From IMG/VR virus record IMGVR_UViG_2531839529_000007: a stretch of DNA of 38,184 nt; one strand, given 5' to 3'. The position numbers were made by a program, and so were the translations under genes. A model generated the notes under the pieces. The model was given only the letters and a program-made list of their open reading frames with translations, was not told where the DNA came from and made no database searches. Source of the DNA: a virus. Taxonomy: Duplodnaviria > Heunggongvirae > Uroviricota > Caudoviricetes. This document shows positions 11,802-21,990 of this stretch, one piece after another. How positions within the stretch are numbered: position 1 is the stretch's first letter; each line of letters begins with the position of its first letter.

Positions 11802-11981
11802 CTTATTATCCTGCATTGTTAAAAACGGCAGAATCCTATGTGACAACAATTAAACGATAGTTAAATGGATTGATGAAAATTAAAACTATATAGGTGTACG
11901 GTCAGACTATTGGAGGTAGTCAGGATTTGAATGTCAGTCTGTTGTCGGCATTCTGGCAATGCAATTTGGATAAAGCGGGGA

Positions 11982-12104
11982 TTAAAAAGATAGAGGCGAG
12001 CCGGTCAGGTAGAAATGAATCAGGCTCAAAGTGAAGCGGAAAAGGTCTGTGGTACAAGCTGATGCAGCCATAATTACAGCCTGATGATTTGTGGAATGAA
12101 ACAT
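11982..12104 (-). CDS. Candidate small protein (40 aa), partly hydrophobic
   Basis: ATG at 12104 preceded by a perfect AAGGAGG SD 6 nt upstream; encodes MFHSTNHQAVIMAASACTTDLFRFTLSLIHFYLTGSPLSF; upstream of and co-oriented with bor. Below the 60-aa track cut-off. Confidence 0.35.
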   Translation of the reverse strand: MFHSTNHQAVIMAASACTTDLFRFTLSLIHFYLTGSPLSF

Positions 12105-12184
12105 GTTGAACCTCCTTAATTGATGTTATTCGAGTGATGAAGGCATTCTGTCCTTCTATAGTGTCCAGTAAATCAAACAGGAAA

Positions 12185-12206
12185 CTTGTCCAACGTGTTG
12201 GACAAG
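12185..12206. promoter_or_regulatory. Perfect 10+2+10 palindrome (possible operator or terminator), followed by a second hairpin at 12221-12241
   Basis: CTTGTCCAAC-GT-GTTGGACAAG is self-complementary; GAGTTGT-ATTGATC-ACAACTC follows 15 nt later; both lie in the AT-rich region between bor and the HNH gene. Confidence 0.3.
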
Positions 12207-12326
12207 CCTCTCCATTAGTGAGTTGTATTGATCACAACTCTACAAAGAATTCATTACTGGGTAGATGAAAATAGTTTCACGATGAATGGAGGAGGCTATG
12301 TCGGTGGCTTCTTCATTGGAGTACAT

Positions 12327-12677
12327 ATGCCATCACGAATCCCAAAAGCCTGCCGTGTTCGTGGCTGCCGCCATACCACCACAGACCCGTCAGGCTATTG
12401 TGAAAGCCACAAAAGCGAAGGCTGGAAGCAATACAAGCCAGGACAATCCCGTCATCAGCGCGGTTATGGTTCGAAGTGGGATGTTATCCGCGTGCGTGTG
12501 TTGAAGCGTGACAAAGGACTGTGCCAGTTGTGCCTGCGTGCCGGTGTGGTGCGTGAAGCGAAAACCGTTGATCACATCATCCCTAAAGCGCATGGCGGCT
12601 CTGATGCCGACAGTAATCTGCAGAGCCTGTGCTGGCCGTGTCATAAGGCGAAGACGGCCCGTGAACGGCTGAAGTAA
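12327..12677 (+). CDS. HNH endonuclease (terminase-associated, HK97 gp74-like)
   Basis: 116 aa from MPSRIPKACRVRGCRH... with CxxC/HNH-type motifs (DHIIPKAHGG, CWPCHKAK); GGAG SD; immediately upstream of the terminase genes. Confidence 0.85.
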   Translation: MPSRIPKACRVRGCRHTTTDPSGYCESHKSEGWKQYKPGQSRHQRGYGSKWDVIRVRVLKRDKGLCQLCLRAGVVREAKTVDHIIPKAHGGSDADSNLQSLCWPCHKAKTARERLK

Positions 12678-12703
12678 GAACCAGTTCCCACTGCCAGAGG
12701 GGA

Positions 12704-12766
12704 GGGGCGGGTCAAATCCCTGTGGCCTGACGTCTTCCGGACTGCCCGCCCCATCGTTTTTTTATA
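12704..12766 (+). terminator. GC-rich inverted repeat plus T-tract; intrinsic terminator and/or part of the cos region
   Basis: GGGGCGGG (12704-12711) pairs with CCCGCCCC (12745-12752), followed by ATCGTTTTTTTATA; lies in the 125-bp gap between HNH and terS where cos sites sit in HK97-like phages. Confidence 0.4.
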
Positions 12767-12802
12767 CCCGCGAAAAATGAAATTTAACCAGGAGTGCCGC
12801 AT

Positions 12803-13297
12803 ATGGCTGGAACGGCGGGGCGTTCCGGGCGTCGCCCTAAGCCAACGGCGCGCAAGGCGCTGGCCGGAAACCCCGGCAAGCGAGCCCTGAACAAAGATGA
12901 ACCTGTTTTTACGCCCATCAAAGGTGTTGAGCCACCGGAGTGGTTCGCTGAAGAAGAGCTTCCTCTCGCCACGATCATGTGGCAACTGACAACCAAAGAA
13001 CTCTGCGGTCAGGGCCTGCTGTGCGTGACTGACCTCGCAGTGCTTGAGCGGTGGTGCGTGGCCTATGAGTTCTGGCGACGTGCCGTGAAAAATATTGCCA
13101 GACAGGGCAACACCATCACCGGTGCAATGGGCGGCATGGTCAAAAATCCGGAGCTGACCGCCAAGAAAGAACAGGAGTCCGAGATGAGCAGCACGGGGGC
13201 AATGCTCGGACTCGACCCCAGCAGCCGCCAGCGTCTGATTGGCCTGGCGGGGCAGAAGAAAGCCACTAACCCGTTTCTGAAAATCATCGAATCATGA
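12803..13297 (+). CDS. Terminase small subunit (P27/HK97-like)
   Basis: Start taken at the ATG at 12803 with an AGGAG SD 8 nt upstream ([15 protein letters not shown]...); family-typical sequence; overlaps the terL start. Confidence 0.85.
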   Translation: MAGTAGRSGRRPKPTARKALAGNPGKRALNKDEPVFTPIKGVEPPEWFAEEELPLATIMWQLTTKELCGQGLLCVTDLAVLERWCVAYEFWRRAVKNIARQGNTITGAMGGMVKNPELTAKKEQESEMSSTGAMLGLDPSSRQRLIGLAGQKKATNPFLKIIES

Positions 13298-15027
13298 GCC
13301 GGAAATCTTACCCCAACGTAAATGCTGCCAATCAGTATGCCCGTGATGTCGTGCGCGGAAAGATTGTGGCCTGCCAGTTTGTGATTCAGGCCTGCCAGCG
13401 CCATCTTGATGACCTGATGGCGGAAAAAAGTAAGTCGTTTCGTTACCGCTTCGACAAGGTCCTGGCTGAACGGGCCGCCAAATTTATTCAGCTGTTGCCG
13501 CACACCAAGGGTGAGTGGGCATTTAAACGGATGCCCATCACGCTGGAGCCGTGGCAGCTATTTGTGATCTGCTGTGCGTTTGGCTGGGTCAATAAAGGCT
13601 CCCGATTGCGCCGCTTCCGGGAGGTGTATACCGAAATCCCCCGTAAGAACGGCAAATCGGCAATCTCTGCCGGTGTTGCCCTGTATTGTTTTGCCTGTGA
13701 TAACGAGTTTGGCGCGGAAGTGTATTCCGGTGCCACGACGGAGAAACAGGCGTGGGAAGTCTTTCGTCCGGCACGACTGATGTGTAAACGCACACCCATG
13801 CTGACGGAAGCGTTCGGGATTGAGGTTAACGCCTCAAACATGAACCGTCCGGAGGATGGTGCGCGTTTTGAACCGCTGATCGGTAACCCTGGTGATGGTT
13901 CATCACCCCACTGTGCGGTGGTGGATGAATATCACGAGCACGCCACAGATGCGCTTTACACCACGATGCTTACCGGGATGGGGGCGCGACGTCAGCCACT
14001 GATGTGGGCTATCACTACCGCCGGGTACAACATTGAGGGGCCGTGCTACGACAAACGGCGGGAAGTCATCGAGATGCTCAACGGTTCGGTACCCAACGAT
14101 GAACTGTTCGGGATCATCTATACCGTTGATGAAGGTGACGACTGGACCGACCCGCAGGTGCTGGAAAAAGCCAATCCAAATATTGGCGTGTCGGTTTATC
14201 GCGAATTTTTGTTAAGTCAGCAGCAGCGTGCGAAAAATAACGCCCGTCTGGCAAACGTCTTTAAAACAAAACACCTCAATATCTGGGTGTCGGCGCGTTC
14301 GGCGTATTTCAACCTGGTAAGCTGGCAGAGCTGCGAGGATAAATCACTGACCCTTGAGCAGTTCGAGGGGCAGCCGTGCATTCTGGCCTTTGACCTGGCG
14401 CGTAAGCTGGATATGAACAGCATGGCGCGACTTTATACCCGCGAGATTGACGGTAAAACGCATTACTACAGTGTGGCCCCGCGTTTCTGGGTACCGTATG
14501 ACACGGTGTACAGCGTCGAGAAAAATGAAGATCGACGGACAGCCGAACGCTTTCAGAAATGGGTGGAAATGGGCGTCCTGACCGTTACCGATGGTGCAGA
14601 GGTGGATTATCGCTACATCCTCGAAGAGGCCAAAGCGGCGAACAAAATCAGCCCGGTCAGCGAGTCACCCATCGACCCCTTCGGGGCGACCGGGCTCTCA
14701 CATGACCTTGCTGATGAAGACCTGAACCCCGTCACCATCATTCAGAACTACACCAACATGTCCGACCCGATGAAAGAGCTGGAAGCGGCAATTGAATCGG
14801 GGCGCTTTCATCATGATGGCAATCCCATCATGACCTGGTGTATCGGCAACGTGGTCGGCAAAACCATTCCGGGTAACGATGATGTGGTGAAGCCCGTCAA
14901 AGAGCAGGCGGAAAACAAAATCGATGGTGCAGTTGCGCTGATTATGGCGGTTGGCAGAGCCATGCTGTACGAGAAAGAAGACACGCTGTCTGACCACATT
15001 GAATCCTATGGGATCCGCTCGCTTTAA
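13294..15027 (+). CDS. Terminase large subunit
   Basis: 577 aa with ATPase and nuclease regions typical of HK97-type large terminases. Confidence 0.9.
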   Translation: MSRKSYPNVNAANQYARDVVRGKIVACQFVIQACQRHLDDLMAEKSKSFRYRFDKVLAERAAKFIQLLPHTKGEWAFKRMPITLEPWQLFVICCAFGWVNKGSRLRRFREVYTEIPRKNGKSAISAGVALYCFACDNEFGAEVYSGATTEKQAWEVFRPARLMCKRTPMLTEAFGIEVNASNMNRPEDGARFEPLIGNPGDGSSPHCAVVDEYHEHATDALYTTMLTGMGARRQPLMWAITTAGYNIEGPCYDKRREVIEMLNGSVPNDELFGIIYTVDEGDDWTDPQVLEKANPNIGVSVYREFLLSQQQRAKNNARLANVFKTKHLNIWVSARSAYFNLVSWQSCEDKSLTLEQFEGQPCILAFDLARKLDMNSMARLYTREIDGKTHYYSVAPRFWVPYDTVYSVEKNEDRRTAERFQKWVEMGVLTVTDGAEVDYRYILEEAKAANKISPVSESPIDPFGATGLSHDLADEDLNPVTIIQNYTNMSDPMKELEAAIESGRFHHDGNPIMTWCIGNVVGKTIPGNDDVVKPVKEQAENKIDGAVALIMAVGRAMLYEKEDTLSDHIESYGIRSL

Positions 15028-15038
15028 CTGAGGTAATT

Positions 15039-15221
15039 ATGATCATGCTGATTCTCGCGCCTCTGGTGGGCGTGCTGGGTGCGCTTTTGCTGGCGTATGG
15101 TGCCTGGCTGATTTATCCCCCGGCGGGGTTTGTTGTTGCCGGGGCGCTGTGCCTGTTCTGGTCGTGGCTGGTGGCGCGATATCTCGACCGTACACATCCG
15201 TCTGTCGGCGGAGGTAAATAG
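15039..15221 (+). CDS. Small membrane protein (60 aa)
   Basis: ATG with a GAGGT SD; two predicted hydrophobic helices ([46 protein letters not shown]); between the terminase and portal genes. Confidence 0.5.
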   Translation: MIMLILAPLVGVLGALLLAYGAWLIYPPAGFVVAGALCLFWSWLVARYLDRTHPSVGGGK

Positions 15222-16462
15222 TGTTCTTTTCGGGATTATTTCAACGAAAAAGTGACGCACCGGTGACCACGCCAGCAGAGCTGGCGGATGCTATCGGGCT
15301 GTCATATGACACCTATACCGGAAAGCAGATCAGCAGCCAGCGGGCCATGCGACTGACGGCGGTTTTTTCCTGCGTCAGGGTGCTGGCGGAGTCGGTCGGG
15401 ATGTTGCCCTGCAACCTGTATCACCTGAACGGCAGCCTGAAACAGAGAGCCACCGGCGAACGTCTGCATAAACTGATCTCCACGCATCCCAATGGCTATA
15501 TGACGCCGCAGGAGTTCTGGGAGCTGGTGGTCACCTGTCTGTGCCTGCGGGGAAACTTTTACGCCTACAAAGTGAAAGCATTTGGCGAAGTGGCTGAACT
15601 GCTGCCCGTCGATCCCGGCTGTGTGGTACCGAAGCTTAACAGTAGCTGGGAGCCGATCTATCAGGTCACATTCCCGGATGGCTCCACGGATGTACTGAGC
15701 CAGGAGGATATCTGGCATGTGCGCACGCTGACGCTGGACGGACTGGTGGGGCTGAATCCCATCGCCTATGCCCGCGAGGCAATATCGCTGGCAGCTGCGA
15801 CCGAAGAGCACGGGGCCAGACTGTTCAGCAATGGCGCGGTGACGTCGGGTGTGTTGCGTACAGAGCAGACGCTGTCAGATCAGGCTTATGAGCGCCTGAA
15901 GAAAGATTTTGAGGAGCGTCACACCGGGCTTGGCAATGCTCACCGCCCGATGATCCTTGAGATGGGGCTGGACTGGAAGTCGATGGCGCTGAACGCCGAG
16001 GACAGCCAGTTCCTGGAAACCCGCAAGTTTCAGCTTGAAGAAATCTGTCGTCTGTTCCGGGTGCCGTTGCACATGGTGCAGAACACCGATCGCGCCACCT
16101 TCAACAATATCGAAGAGCTGGGGCTGGGATTTATCAACTATTCACTGGTGCCGTATCTGACCCGCATCGAACAGCGGATCAACACCGGACTGGTACGAAA
16201 AAGTAAGCAGGGCGTTTATTACGCCAAATTTAACGCCGGGGCGTTACTGCGCGGGGATATGAAGTCCCGTTTTGAAGCCTACGCCACCGGGATCAACTGG
16301 GGAATTTACTCTCCCAATGACTGCCGCGACCTGGAAGATATGAATCCGCGTCCCGGTGGTGATGTCTATCTCACACCGATGAACATGACCACGAAACCCT
16401 CCGATGGCAGTAAAGCCGGTAAGCAGAAGGATAACGCCAATGCAGACGAAACAACGTCTTGA
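15221..16462 (+). CDS. Portal protein (HK97 family)
   Basis: 413 aa; GTG start with a GGAGG SD 7 nt upstream; position and size typical of HK97-type portals. Confidence 0.85.
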   Translation: MFFSGLFQRKSDAPVTTPAELADAIGLSYDTYTGKQISSQRAMRLTAVFSCVRVLAESVGMLPCNLYHLNGSLKQRATGERLHKLISTHPNGYMTPQEFWELVVTCLCLRGNFYAYKVKAFGEVAELLPVDPGCVVPKLNSSWEPIYQVTFPDGSTDVLSQEDIWHVRTLTLDGLVGLNPIAYAREAISLAAATEEHGARLFSNGAVTSGVLRTEQTLSDQAYERLKKDFEERHTGLGNAHRPMILEMGLDWKSMALNAEDSQFLETRKFQLEEICRLFRVPLHMVQNTDRATFNNIEELGLGFINYSLVPYLTRIEQRINTGLVRKSKQGVYYAKFNAGALLRGDMKSRFEAYATGINWGIYSPNDCRDLEDMNPRPGGDVYLTPMNMTTKPSDGSKAGKQKDNANADETTS

Positions 16463-17090
16463 TGTACCGCTGAGTCTGAAATCTGTCAGTGACTCCGGTG
16501 AGTTTGAAGGGTATGGCTCCGTCTTTGGTGTAAAGGACAGCCACGATGATGTGGTGATGTCCGGGGCATTTGCTGCTTCCCTGCGGGCGTGGAGTGACAG
16601 AAAAGCGTTACCTGCGCTGCTCTGGCAGCACCGCATGGATGAACCCATCGGTGTTTACACCGAAATGAAGGAAGACGATGTCGGGCTTTACGTCAGGGGA
16701 CGGTTGCTTATTGATGATGATCCCCTCGCAAAACGCGCACATGCACACATGAAGGCCGGTTCGTTAACCGGCCTTTCTATTGGGTACGTCCTGAAAGACT
16801 GGGAATACGACCGGAGCAAAGAAGCCTTTCTGCTGAAAGAAATCGACCTCTGGGAAGTCAGCCTGGTGACGTTCCCGTCTAACGACGAGGCGCGGATCAG
16901 CGACGTCAAGAACGCACTGGCCCGCGGGGAAATCCCCGAACAGAAAAAAATCGAAAGAGTCCTGCGTGATGTCGGACTCTCCCGCACCCAGGCCAAAGCA
17001 TTCATGGCCGGGGGCTATAGCGCACTGTCCCTGCGCGACGCTGAGGATGTGGGCTCTGCACTGAATGCACTGAAAAATCTGAACTTCTAA
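16440..17090 (+). CDS. Prohead protease (HK97 family, S78-like)
   Basis: Start taken at the ATG at 16440 with an AAGGA SD (MQTKQRLDVPL...); conserved prohead-protease region; overlaps the portal 3' end. Confidence 0.85.
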   Translation: MQTKQRLDVPLSLKSVSDSGEFEGYGSVFGVKDSHDDVVMSGAFAASLRAWSDRKALPALLWQHRMDEPIGVYTEMKEDDVGLYVRGRLLIDDDPLAKRAHAHMKAGSLTGLSIGYVLKDWEYDRSKEAFLLKEIDLWEVSLVTFPSNDEARISDVKNALARGEIPEQKKIERVLRDVGLSRTQAKAFMAGGYSALSLRDAEDVGSALNALKNLNF

Positions 17091-17104
17091 TCAGGAGAAA
17101 TACG

Positions 17105-18310
17105 ATGGCGGTTGATATTAAAGATGTCGAACAGGTCGCGCAGGAGCTGCAGCAGAAGTTTGACGACTTCAAAGCAAAGAACGACAAGCGCGTGGATGCG
17201 ATTGAGCAGGAAAAAGGCAAGCTTGCCGGGCAGGTGGAAACCCTGAACGGGAAACTCAGCGAGCTGGAAAATCTCAAAAGCGACCTTGAAAAAGAGCTGC
17301 TTGAGCTGAAACGTCCGGCTGGTGGAGCGCAAAATAAACTGGCCACCGAGCATAAAGAGGCGTTTGTGGGCTTCCTGCGTAAAGGCCGTGAAGACGGTCT
17401 GCGCGATCTGGAGCGTAAGGCATTGCAGGTGGGTACCGATGAAGACGGTGGCTACGCCGTGCCGGAAGAACTGGATCGCAACATTCTTAACCTGCTGAAA
17501 GATGAAGTGGTGATGCGTCAGGAAGCCACGGTGATCACCGTTGGCGGTTCCGACTACAAAAAACTGGTGAATCTGGGCGGTACGGCTTCCGGATGGGTGG
17601 GAGAAACGGATACGCGATCCCAGTCTGCCACCTCCAGACTGGAGCTGATTGAACCTCTCATGGGGGAAATTTACGGCAACCCGCAGGCTACCCAGAAAAT
17701 GCTGGACGATGCCTTCTTCAACGTGGAGGCCTGGATCAACAGCGAGCTGGCAACCGAATTTGCCGAACAGGAAGAAATTGCCTTTACCTCAGGCGATGGC
17801 ACCAAGAAGCCGAAAGGGTTCCTGGCGTATGAATCCACTGATGAAACCGACAAGGTCCGGGCGTTCGGCAAACTTCAGCATATTGTATCCGGCGAAGCGA
17901 CCGCGGTGACCGCAGACGCCATTATCAAACTGATTTACACGCTGCGTAAGGCACACCGCACTGGCGCGAAGTTCATGATGAACAACAACAGCCTGTTTGC
18001 CATCCGTCTGCTTAAAGACAGCGAGGGTAACTATCTGTGGCGTCCGGGGCTGGAACTGGGGCAGCCGTCCTCTCTGGCGGGTTACGGTATCGCTGAAAAC
18101 GAACAGATGCCGGATATCGCCGCTGATGCGAAAGCCATTGCATTTGGTAACTTCAAACGGGGTTACACCATCGTTGACCGTATCGGCACCCGCATTCTGC
18201 GTGACCCGTACACCAATAAACCGTTTGTCGGTTTTTATACCACCAAGCGCACCGGCGGGATGCTGGTCGATTCGCAGGCCATCAAACTGCTGAAGATTGC
18301 AGCGGCGTAA
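17105..18310 (+). CDS. Major capsid protein (HK97 fold)
   Basis: 401 aa with N-terminal coiled-coil delta-domain-like region and an HK97-family body; followed by the stem-loop GGCGCGG-AA-CCGCGCC. Confidence 0.9.
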   Translation: MAVDIKDVEQVAQELQQKFDDFKAKNDKRVDAIEQEKGKLAGQVETLNGKLSELENLKSDLEKELLELKRPAGGAQNKLATEHKEAFVGFLRKGREDGLRDLERKALQVGTDEDGGYAVPEELDRNILNLLKDEVVMRQEATVITVGGSDYKKLVNLGGTASGWVGETDTRSQSATSRLELIEPLMGEIYGNPQATQKMLDDAFFNVEAWINSELATEFAEQEEIAFTSGDGTKKPKGFLAYESTDETDKVRAFGKLQHIVSGEATAVTADAIIKLIYTLRKAHRTGAKFMMNNNSLFAIRLLKDSEGNYLWRPGLELGQPSSLAGYGIAENEQMPDIAADAKAIAFGNFKRGYTIVDRIGTRILRDPYTNKPFVGFYTTKRTGGMLVDSQAIKLLKIAAA

Positions 18311-18359
18311 TCACTCAAGGGCGCGGAACCGCGCCCCCTGTTCTGACGGGTGAAGAATC

Positions 18360-18560
18360 ATGATCCTGAAACAAGATCTGAAATGGTCACCGGACGGTAT
18401 GCGTGTTGAGGTCATTCGGGCCGGTGAGTATGACGACGGGGCACTTCCTGCCCGGGTGCAGGAGATTGCACTTCAGGCCGGGTTAGCAGAGCGCGGAATC
18501 AGTGCAAAAAGCAGTAAAGCGGCAAAAGAGAAAAAAGCCACGACCAGTAAAGAGGGCTGA
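18360..18560 (+). CDS. Hypothetical small head-module protein
   Basis: 66-aa ORF with ATG start between the capsid and connector genes; lysine-rich C-terminus. Confidence 0.45.
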   Translation: MILKQDLKWSPDGMRVEVIRAGEYDDGALPARVQEIALQAGLAERGISAKSSKAAKEKKATTSKEG

Positions 18561-18562
18561 GT

Positions 18563-18886
18563 ATGCTTCTGACAATGGAAGAGATTAAAGCCCAACTCCG
18601 GCTGGATGAGGATTTCGATGCTGATGACCGCCATCTGCAACTGCTGGCCTGTGCGGCACAAAAGCGGACGGAAACGTATCTGAACCGGAAACTCTATGCA
18701 CCGGATGAAACCATTCCGGACAGCGATCCGGACGGGCTGCACCTGCCGGATGATATTCGTCTGGGGATGCTGATGCTTATCAGCCATTTTTACGAAAACC
18801 GCTCGTCGGTTACGGAAGTGGAGAAACTCGACATGCCGCAGAGTTTTGGCTGCCTTGTCGGCCCGTACAGGTACTTTCCGCAATGA
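18563..18886 (+). CDS. Head-tail connector protein (gp6-like)
   Basis: 107 aa; position and family-typical sequence. Confidence 0.75.
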   Translation: MLLTMEEIKAQLRLDEDFDADDRHLQLLACAAQKRTETYLNRKLYAPDETIPDSDPDGLHLPDDIRLGMLMLISHFYENRSSVTEVEKLDMPQSFGCLVGPYRYFPQ

Positions 18887-19293
18887 AAATTCGTCAGGCG
18901 CAGACCAGCGCAACCTACATTCTGCCGGACCCCGGTGAACTGAATAAACGCGTCCTGATCCGCCAGCGGGTGGATATGCCCGCGGATAACTTTGGCGTGG
19001 AGCCTCAATACCCGGTTACGTTCCGGACATGGGCGAAGGTTATCCAGACCAGTGCCACCACCTGGCAGGAAACCGCGCAGACCGGGGACGCCATCACCCA
19101 TTACATCACCATTCGTTACCGCCGGGGGATCACTGCTGATTATGAGGTGGTCTGTGATGACAGTGTGTACCGGGTGAAACGTCAGCGTGATCTGAACGGG
19201 GCGCGGCGCTTTCTGCTGCTGGAGTGTACGGAGCTGGGCGAATGTAGGCAGAGTCACGGAGGCAGCAATGGCGACTCCCTTTTTTCACGTTGA
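18883..19293 (+). CDS. Head closure / head-tail adaptor protein
   Basis: 136 aa; start overlaps the upstream stop; position in the head-completion cluster. Confidence 0.7.
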   Translation: MKIRQAQTSATYILPDPGELNKRVLIRQRVDMPADNFGVEPQYPVTFRTWAKVIQTSATTWQETAQTGDAITHYITIRYRRGITADYEVVCDDSVYRVKRQRDLNGARRFLLLECTELGECRQSHGGSNGDSLFSR

Positions 19294-19774
19294 TGTTCAG
19301 CAGCCCGCCGAGATGCGCTTTAACCGCGCCCGTGTCCGGCGGGCGTTTGTCACGATTGGGCAGCGTCATATGCGTGATGCCCGTCGGCTGGTGATGCGCC
19401 GTGCGCGGTCGGCACCGGGTGAAAACCCCGGTTATCAGACCGGACGCCTGGCTTGTTCGATTGGTTATATGGTGCCGAGAGCCAGTAAAAAGCGAGCCGG
19501 TTTTATGACACGCATTGCCCCTAACCAGCGCAACGGGAAGGGGAACCGGATGATCTCTGGTGACTTCTATCCGGCGTTTCTGTTTTTTGGTGTCCGGGGA
19601 GGAGCAAAACGTCGTCGTAGTCATCATCGTGGTGCATCCGGTGGCAGCGGCTGGCGACTGGCTCCACGTAATAACTTCATGGTGGAAACTCTTGAAAAGA
19701 ACCGCAGCTGGACACGCTATTTTCTGGCGCGGGAATTGCGTAAATCACTGAAGCCGGAGCGACGACACAGATGA
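19268..19774 (+). CDS. HK97 gp10-like tail-component protein
   Basis: 168 aa, arginine-rich; position after the head-closure gene. Confidence 0.65.
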   Translation: MATPFFHVDVQQPAEMRFNRARVRRAFVTIGQRHMRDARRLVMRRARSAPGENPGYQTGRLACSIGYMVPRASKKRAGFMTRIAPNQRNGKGNRMISGDFYPAFLFFGVRGGAKRRRSHHRGASGGSGWRLAPRNNFMVETLEKNRSWTRYFLARELRKSLKPERRHR

Positions 19775-20331
19775 AACTGACGCCTGTTATTGCTGCGCTG
19801 CGTGCCCGCTGCCCGTATTTTGAAAACCGGGTGGCAGGCGCGGCCCAGTTCAAAAATCTGCCGGAGGTCGGAAAGCTGAGACTCCCGGCGGCGTATGTGG
19901 TACCGGGTGATGACTCTCCGGGAGAAAACAAAAGCCAGACCGACTACTGGCAGGAGCTGAAAGAGGGCTTCTCCGTGGTTGTCATACTGAGTAACGGGCG
20001 TGATGAGCGCGGTCAGTTTGCCTCGTATGATGTGGTGGACGATGTCCGGCAGATGCTCTTTAAGGCCCTGCTGGGCTGGAACCCGGAAGCGTGCGGTAAC
20101 CCGATTACCTATGACGGCGGCACGCTGCTGGATCTGAATCGTCATGAACTGATTTATCAGTTCGATTTTTCGGTCATCAGCGAGCTGACTGAAGACGATA
20201 CCCGCCAGCAGGATGATCTGAACAGTCTGGATGAACTGCAAACGCTGGCGATTGATGTTAATTATCTCGAGCCCGGTAACGGGCCTGACGGCGATATCGA
20301 ACATCACACCGAAATAACCCTTCCTTCCTGA
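19771..20331 (+). CDS. Tail terminator / completion protein (Mu gp37-like)
   Basis: 186 aa immediately upstream of the sheath cluster. Confidence 0.6.
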   Translation: MKLTPVIAALRARCPYFENRVAGAAQFKNLPEVGKLRLPAAYVVPGDDSPGENKSQTDYWQELKEGFSVVVILSNGRDERGQFASYDVVDDVRQMLFKALLGWNPEACGNPITYDGGTLLDLNRHELIYQFDFSVISELTEDDTRQQDDLNSLDELQTLAIDVNYLEPGNGPDGDIEHHTEITLPS

Positions 20332-20339
20332 GGATCCTC

Positions 20340-20510
20340 ATGTTTGTCAAACCTGTTAAAGGGCGGTCAGTTCCTGACCCTGCCCGCGGCGACCTTTTGC
20401 CCGCCGAAGGGCGAAATGTTGACGAGAACAACTACTGGCTGCGCCGTGAAGCAGCGGGTGATATCCGGCGCGTGAATAAAAAGGTGAATACCGATGACGA
20501 TAAGCTTTAA
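20340..20510 (+). CDS. Small Mu-like tail-module protein (DUF2635-like)
   Basis: 56-aa ORF (MFVKPVKGRSVPDPARGDLLPAEGRNVDENNYW...) overlapping the sheath start by 17 nt; not in the ORF track (under 60 aa). Confidence 0.55.
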   Translation: MFVKPVKGRSVPDPARGDLLPAEGRNVDENNYWLRREAAGDIRRVNKKVNTDDDKL

Positions 20511-21990
20511 CACCATTCCGTCGAATACGCTGGTTCCGCTGTTTTATGCGGAAATGGATAACCAGGCTGCGAATACTGCACAGGACAGCGGAGCATCGCT
20601 GCTGATTGGTCATGCCAGTAACGGTGCAGAGATTGTTGCCAACAGTCTGGTGCTGATGCCGTCGGCAGACTATGCACGCCAGATTTGTGGTGCGGGAAGT
20701 CAGCTGGCGCGTATGGTCGAGGCTTATCGCCAGACCGACCCGTTTGGTGAGCTGTATGTGATTGCCGTTCCGGAAGCCACAGGCGCGGCGGCAACGGTTA
20801 CGCTGACGGTGACCGGGGAAGCAACCGAAAGCGGCACGGTGAATGTCTATGTGGGACGTACCCGCGTGCAGGCTCCGGTGACCAACGGCGATAACGTCAC
20901 GACGATTGCCAGCAGTATCAAAGATGCCATCAATGCCGTTCCGGCCCTGCCGTTTACGGCTTCATCTTCGGCAGGTGTGGTCACACTGACCGCGCGTCAT
21001 AAGGGGCTTTGCGGGAATGAAATTCCTGTCAGCCTCAATTACTACGGCTTTGGTGGGGGCGAAGTGCTGCCAGCGGGCGTACAGATTGCCGTGGCGACGG
21101 GTACCGCCGGAACGGGTGCTCCGGTTCTCACCGGCGCGGTGGCTGCAATGGCGGATGAGCCGTTTGATTATATCGGCCTGCCGTTCAACGACACGGCCTC
21201 CGTTAACACGCTGGTGACCGAGATGAACGATACCAGCGGTCGCTGGAGCTATGCGCGTCAGCTGTATGGTCATGTGTATACGGCAAAGATCGGCACGCTG
21301 TCAGAACTGGTGACCGCAGGTGACCAGTTTAACCAGCAGCACATTACCCTGGCGGGGTACGAAAAAGAGACCCAGACGCCTGCCGACGAACTGGCGGCAA
21401 GCCGTACCGCCCGCGCAGCGGTGTTTATTCGCAACGATCCGGCACGTCCCACGCAGACCGGTGAGCTGGTGGGTATGCTGCCTGCGCCGAAGGGGAAACG
21501 GTTCACGATGACCGAACAACAGACCCTGCTGTCTCATGGCGTGGCAACGGCGTATGTCGAAAGCGGGGTACTGCGCATTCAGCGTGATGTCACCACGTAC
21601 AGGAAAAACGCTTACGGGGTTGCGGATAACAGCTACCTCGACAGTGAGACACTGCATACCAGCGCGTATGTACTGCGCAAACTGAAATCCGTCATTACCA
21701 GTAAGTACGGGCGTCACAAGCTTGCCAGTGACGGTACCCGCTTTGGTCCCGGTCAGGCGATTGTCACCCCGGCGGTGATCAAAGGGGAACTGCTGGCAAC
21801 CTACCGTCAGCTTGAGCGTGCGGGGATCGTGGAAAACTACGAACTGTTTAAGCAGTACCTGGTTGTGGAGCGTGATGCCAGCGATCCGAACCGCCTGAAC
21901 ACGCTGTTCCCGCCTGACTATGTTAACCAGTTGCGTGTCTTTGCCGTGGTTAACCAGTTCCGTCTTCAGTATTCAGAGGAGTCTGCATAA
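20494..21990 (+). CDS. Contractile tail sheath protein (Mu gpL-like)
   Basis: 498 aa; followed by a TAATG-coupled tube gene. Confidence 0.88.
   Translation: MTISFNTIPSNTLVPLFYAEMDNQAANTAQDSGASLLIGHASNGAEIVANSLVLMPSADYARQICGAGSQLARMVEAYRQTDPFGELYVIAVPEATGAAATVTLTVTGEATESGTVNVYVGRTRVQAPVTNGDNVTTIASSIKDAINAVPALPFTASSSAGVVTLTARHKGLCGNEIPVSLNYYGFGGGEVLPAGVQIAVATGTAGTGAPVLTGAVAAMADEPFDYIGLPFNDTASVNTLVTEMNDTSGRWSYARQLYGHVYTAKIGTLSELVTAGDQFNQQHITLAGYEKETQTPADELAASRTARAAVFIRNDPARPTQTGELVGMLPAPKGKRFTMTEQQTLLSHGVATAYVESGVLRIQRDVTTYRKNAYGVADNSYLDSETLHTSAYVLRKLKSVITSKYGRHKLASDGTRFGPGQAIVTPAVIKGELLATYRQLERAGIVENYELFKQYLVVERDASDPNRLNTLFPPDYVNQLRVFAVVNQFRLQYSEESA

Noticed and set aside
12228-12504. Long TTG-initiated form of the HNH gene and overlapping ORF 12286..12504
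   Set aside because: The HNH domain begins at the ATG at 12327, which has a GGAG SD; the upstream extension crosses the palindromes, and the overlapping 72-aa frame is out of frame with the conserved protein.
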